Below the pieces are notes generated by a model. It did not search any database and was not told the DNA's origin. It saw only the letters and a list, made by a program, of their open reading frames with translations. Shown here piece after piece: positions 61,013-64,000 of a DNA stretch of 64,000 nucleotides. Numbering within the stretch: position 1 is the stretch's first letter; every line of letters starts with the position of its first letter. This stretch comes from Camelus dromedarius (taxonomy: Eukaryota): positions 119,538,001 to 119,602,000 of the forward strand of contig NC_087437.1 in the NCBI RefSeq assembly GCF_036321535.1, given 5' to 3'. The position numbers and the translations under genes are program-made.

Positions 61013-61585
61013 TGAGACGGGAGGGGCGGGGGCAGGGCACAGCCCTTCGGGGAATGGCACAGTGATTAGCCTCAAGCTGGTGGAAGGTTCCACCCAGTAG
61101 ACTCTGAGGCTCAAGATGGCGGGAGCTTTGACTGGCAGTGACGTTGAGCTTCATTATAGGCTCACTGTCACACATCAGCAGCTCAGTGACACTCCCACAG
61201 GCGCCAGGACAGTTCCGAGGCTGCCCGTAAGGTCAAAAACTGGGTGGCGGCCCAATTCCTGGGAATCCCCGCCCCTCCCCCAAAGTAATGAGGATTATCT
61301 TCCCACTTGCTAGCATGCCAAGCTACCCAGTCCGTAAACACCAACCGCCCCCACGCCCCAGGGCTGCCTCTCACCTGCTGCCTCCCACTCCCTCTCACCT
61401 TCGAAGAAAGCCCACGCCATCTGTGGAGTGTGCGTCTCTGAGTAAATCTGCCTGCCCTCTACTATCACTCGCTCTTGAAATCTTTTCTGCAGGAAGCCGA
61501 GGACCCTCACTTGATGGGGCGCATCCCAGGGGCTCACCTGGGACCTGGGAAGTGGCCAGCTTCTCACACTCCATTTTCCTGCATC
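61013..61585 (+). mobile_element. Solo ERV LTR, family D, nested in L1
   Basis: TG start; caagatggcg (YY1-like); agtaaa poly(A)-like hexamer followed by U5-like ctcgctcttgaaatcttttctgc; GC-rich island within A-rich L1. Confidence 0.72.
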
Positions 61586-62327
61586 CAAAACAATTCGATG
61601 GAGAAAAGACAACCTTTTCAACAGACGATGCTGGAGCAAGAGGACATCCAGAAAGAAAAAGTGAGCTACAGTCCTAACCTCGCATCTTACACAAAAAAGT
61701 CACTCAAAGAACAGCACAGAATTGAACATAAAACACAAATCTAGAACTTTTCCCCCCAAAAAAACACACGGTAATCTTTGGGAACAGAACCAGTAAGAAG
61801 TTCTTCAACTTGGCACCTTGAGCACAACACATACGGGGAAAAATTGGTAAGTAGACCCCCAACCCCCATCCAAAAAAAAAAGTAAAACTTTTGTTCTGTC
61901 AATGCCTGTGGGAAGAGAGTGAAAAGACAAGCTGCATACCGGGAGGAAATGTTTGCAAACTGCACGCCCAGCGAAGGACGTGCATCAAGGATGTATGATG
62001 ACCTCCCAGACTCAGCAGTAGAAAACAACCCAATCAGAAAATGGGGCGACACAGGGAGAGATATTCCACCAAGAGGACACACAGGTGGCAGATGAGCCCA
62101 TGAAAAGGTGCTCAACACTATTAGCCACCAGGGACATGCGGGTTAACACCGCCGTGAAACACCTCGTACACCTTTCAGAACGGCTGAAGTAAACACCGGT
62201 GACAACACCGGATTCCGACGAGCGTTCGGGAGACTGGAGCTTGCAAACGTTTCTGGGCTTGTAAACTGGTGGAGCGGCTTTGGAAAGAAGGCGGTAGTTT
62301 CCTAAAAAGCTAATTATGCAACTATGG

Positions 62328-62865
62328 TGTGGATGGAAACCGTTGCAGCCACATCAGCAAACACAGGGTGTGGCAGCCCTCGGCCACTGCGGCCGCCCCT
62401 GGTGCTGAGCAGAGGGAACTCGGGATGGCGGCAAATGCGTTGCCTGCTGCCAAGCCCTCAGCCACTGCTGCCACCCCCAAGGGTGCCCGCTGAGGGGACT
62501 CAGAACGGGATCCAGGGCACACGGGTGCAAATCCAAGCATGAGGAGATCTCAGGTGCACATCCAAGCATGATGTCAACGAGCCCAGAGCTTTGCACCTTC
62601 TCACACACAGAAAAGCGCTAAATTCCTTCACTTGAGATGTCTGGGGTTTTTGAATTAACAGTGACCTTTTGATGTTCAAACTACACGGTCTCCATTGCAA
62701 AAATTCCTGTACATCCTGGCTCCTGCCCTACCTCTTCAGAGCAGTCCCTCGGAGCGATCTGAGAGGCTGTCTCCCCGGCTTGAAGTCCACAGAAAATCTG
62801 CCACATAAAACATAATTCCCAACTTCCAGGTTGTGCTTTTTATTTTTATTGTTTTTCAGTTGACA
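62328..62865 (+). mobile_element. Solo ERV LTR, family A, nested in L1
   Basis: TG...CA termini; near TSD atgg/gtgg; L1 resumes at tgtcacccagcaagtgcacttcc. Confidence 0.82.
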
Positions 62866-63629
62866 GTGGTGTCACCCAGCAAGTGCACTTCCGGACATTT
62901 ATCTGAGAAAAAGGAAAACTGTATGCTTCCATTACGTGACATTTTGGACATGGCGGTATTTTAGAAATGGAGAACAAATTAGCCAGGGATTAGAGCCGGG
63001 GAAGGGGTGGAGGGGGAGGGTGGTGGATTCGAGAGGGAATTCGGTGTGGCTTCAAAAGGACAGTAGGAGGGGTCCTTGCAGCGATGGACCTGTTCGGTGT
63101 CTTCATTGTGGTGGTGGATACACGGGCCCACGTAGGGTTCGGAGTGAACAGAGCTAATTACACACACGTCATGGGGAAATGTCTTGGGGCTCAGTGGGCC
63201 GGTGTGTGGGAGGTAAAAGAACTTACCAAAGACAAAGGGTGAAAATAGAGAAGGAGTCTATTGGGGGTGCTGCCACAGACAACAGCGGGCCACACAGGCG
63301 AGGGGACTGTGCGAGCCCTGGGGGCCGCTGGCGGAGGTCTTCTCTGCAGGAGGGTCACATCAGGTGCCGCGGGGTCACCCGGGGCATGATGGGCTTGTGC
63401 GCGAGTCTCTGACTGGTTTGTGTTGGGGTAACAGGGCAGGGAGGGGCCGTGGGAGAGCAGGGCTGCAGGACTGTGGGAGGGGCTGTGACCGGTCCTGCTG
63501 GTCAGGCTTCCCGGCATTGACTAGACCATCATCTCAGCCAAGGCAGGGGGGTGTGAGGAAAGGAAACTTCTTGTTGTCTTTAAATTGCCTAAGGGGATTG
63601 GGGCAGGAACCTGCCAGATGTCTGTGGAC

Positions 63630-63716
63630 CCCACAACACACACAGACACACGCTACAGACACACCCCACAAACACACAACACACACCACACACATTCACA
63701 AACACATACACACACA
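63630..63716. repeat. Imperfect (CA)n tract
   Basis: CA-rich low-complexity run. Confidence 0.85.
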
Positions 63717-63717
63717 T

Positions 63718-64000
63718 ATGCGGACTGAAAAAAATGCACAGCCTCAAAGTTGAGAATTATGTTTTCTTTGCCAGACAAAACTGAGGACTTAAGCCTCAGG
63801 ACTTAAGACAGACTCTCAGATCTCTCTAAGGGGCTGCTCTAAAAAGGTAAGAGAGGAGCCAGGGTATATAGGACTTTTGCAACAAAAAACAGGTTAATCA
63901 AAGAAAGACCGGACATTCTCAAGTAAATGAATTTAGCACTTTTCTATGTATAGGAAGATGCAAGAGTCTGGGCCACTGAAATCACTCCTGTGATGTGCAC
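63718..64000 (-). mobile_element. ERV LTR, family A, truncated by the window end
   Basis: Colinear with 37978-38280 (gactgaaaaaaatgcaca...ggagccagggtatatagga...gaatttagcacttttct). Confidence 0.8.

Larger units (their letters stand above)
58330..63200 (+). mobile_element. Degenerate L1 (ORF2 endonuclease to 3' UTR) hosting several nested insertions
   Basis: gaccacaatgaaatcaagtagaa; cccaactcattttatgaggccagtatcaccctg; acaacccaatcagaaaatggg; stops and frameshifts throughout. Confidence 0.9.

Noticed and set aside
1..64000. CRISPR array, operon or other prokaryotic/phage system
   Set aside because: The sequence is intron-containing mammalian DNA; no regularly spaced repeat-spacer array or dense ORF organisation.

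Overview
Mammalian genomic DNA, most likely a camelid (camel, llama or alpaca), judged from four copies of a tRNA-derived SINE resembling camelid Vic-1. The window holds the complete trefoil factor cluster on the minus strand: TFF3 (3 coding exons, 80 aa), TFF2 (4 coding exons, 129 aa) and TFF1 (3 coding exons, 79 aa). All exons were assembled by hand with GT-AG junctions, and each gene has a TATA box and a poly(A) signal. The first ~3.1 kb may be the distal 3' UTR of the + strand neighbour (ABCG1 by synteny; no coding exon is present). The rest is L1, SINE, LTR, ERVL, MIR/L2, MER58 and simple repeats; repeat names and boundaries are by-eye and approximate. Most notable points: TFF1 ends exactly on its dimerising seventh Cys; a perfect AP-1 site sits where the human TFF1 estrogen response element is recalled to lie; a divergent pair of strong CTCF motifs separates TFF3 from TFF2/TFF1; TFF2 has a relocated N-glycosylation sequon; and there is a triple-nested L1 > L1 5'UTR > solo LTR insertion. 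I found no prokaryotic-type system, CRISPR array or convincing new protein-coding gene.
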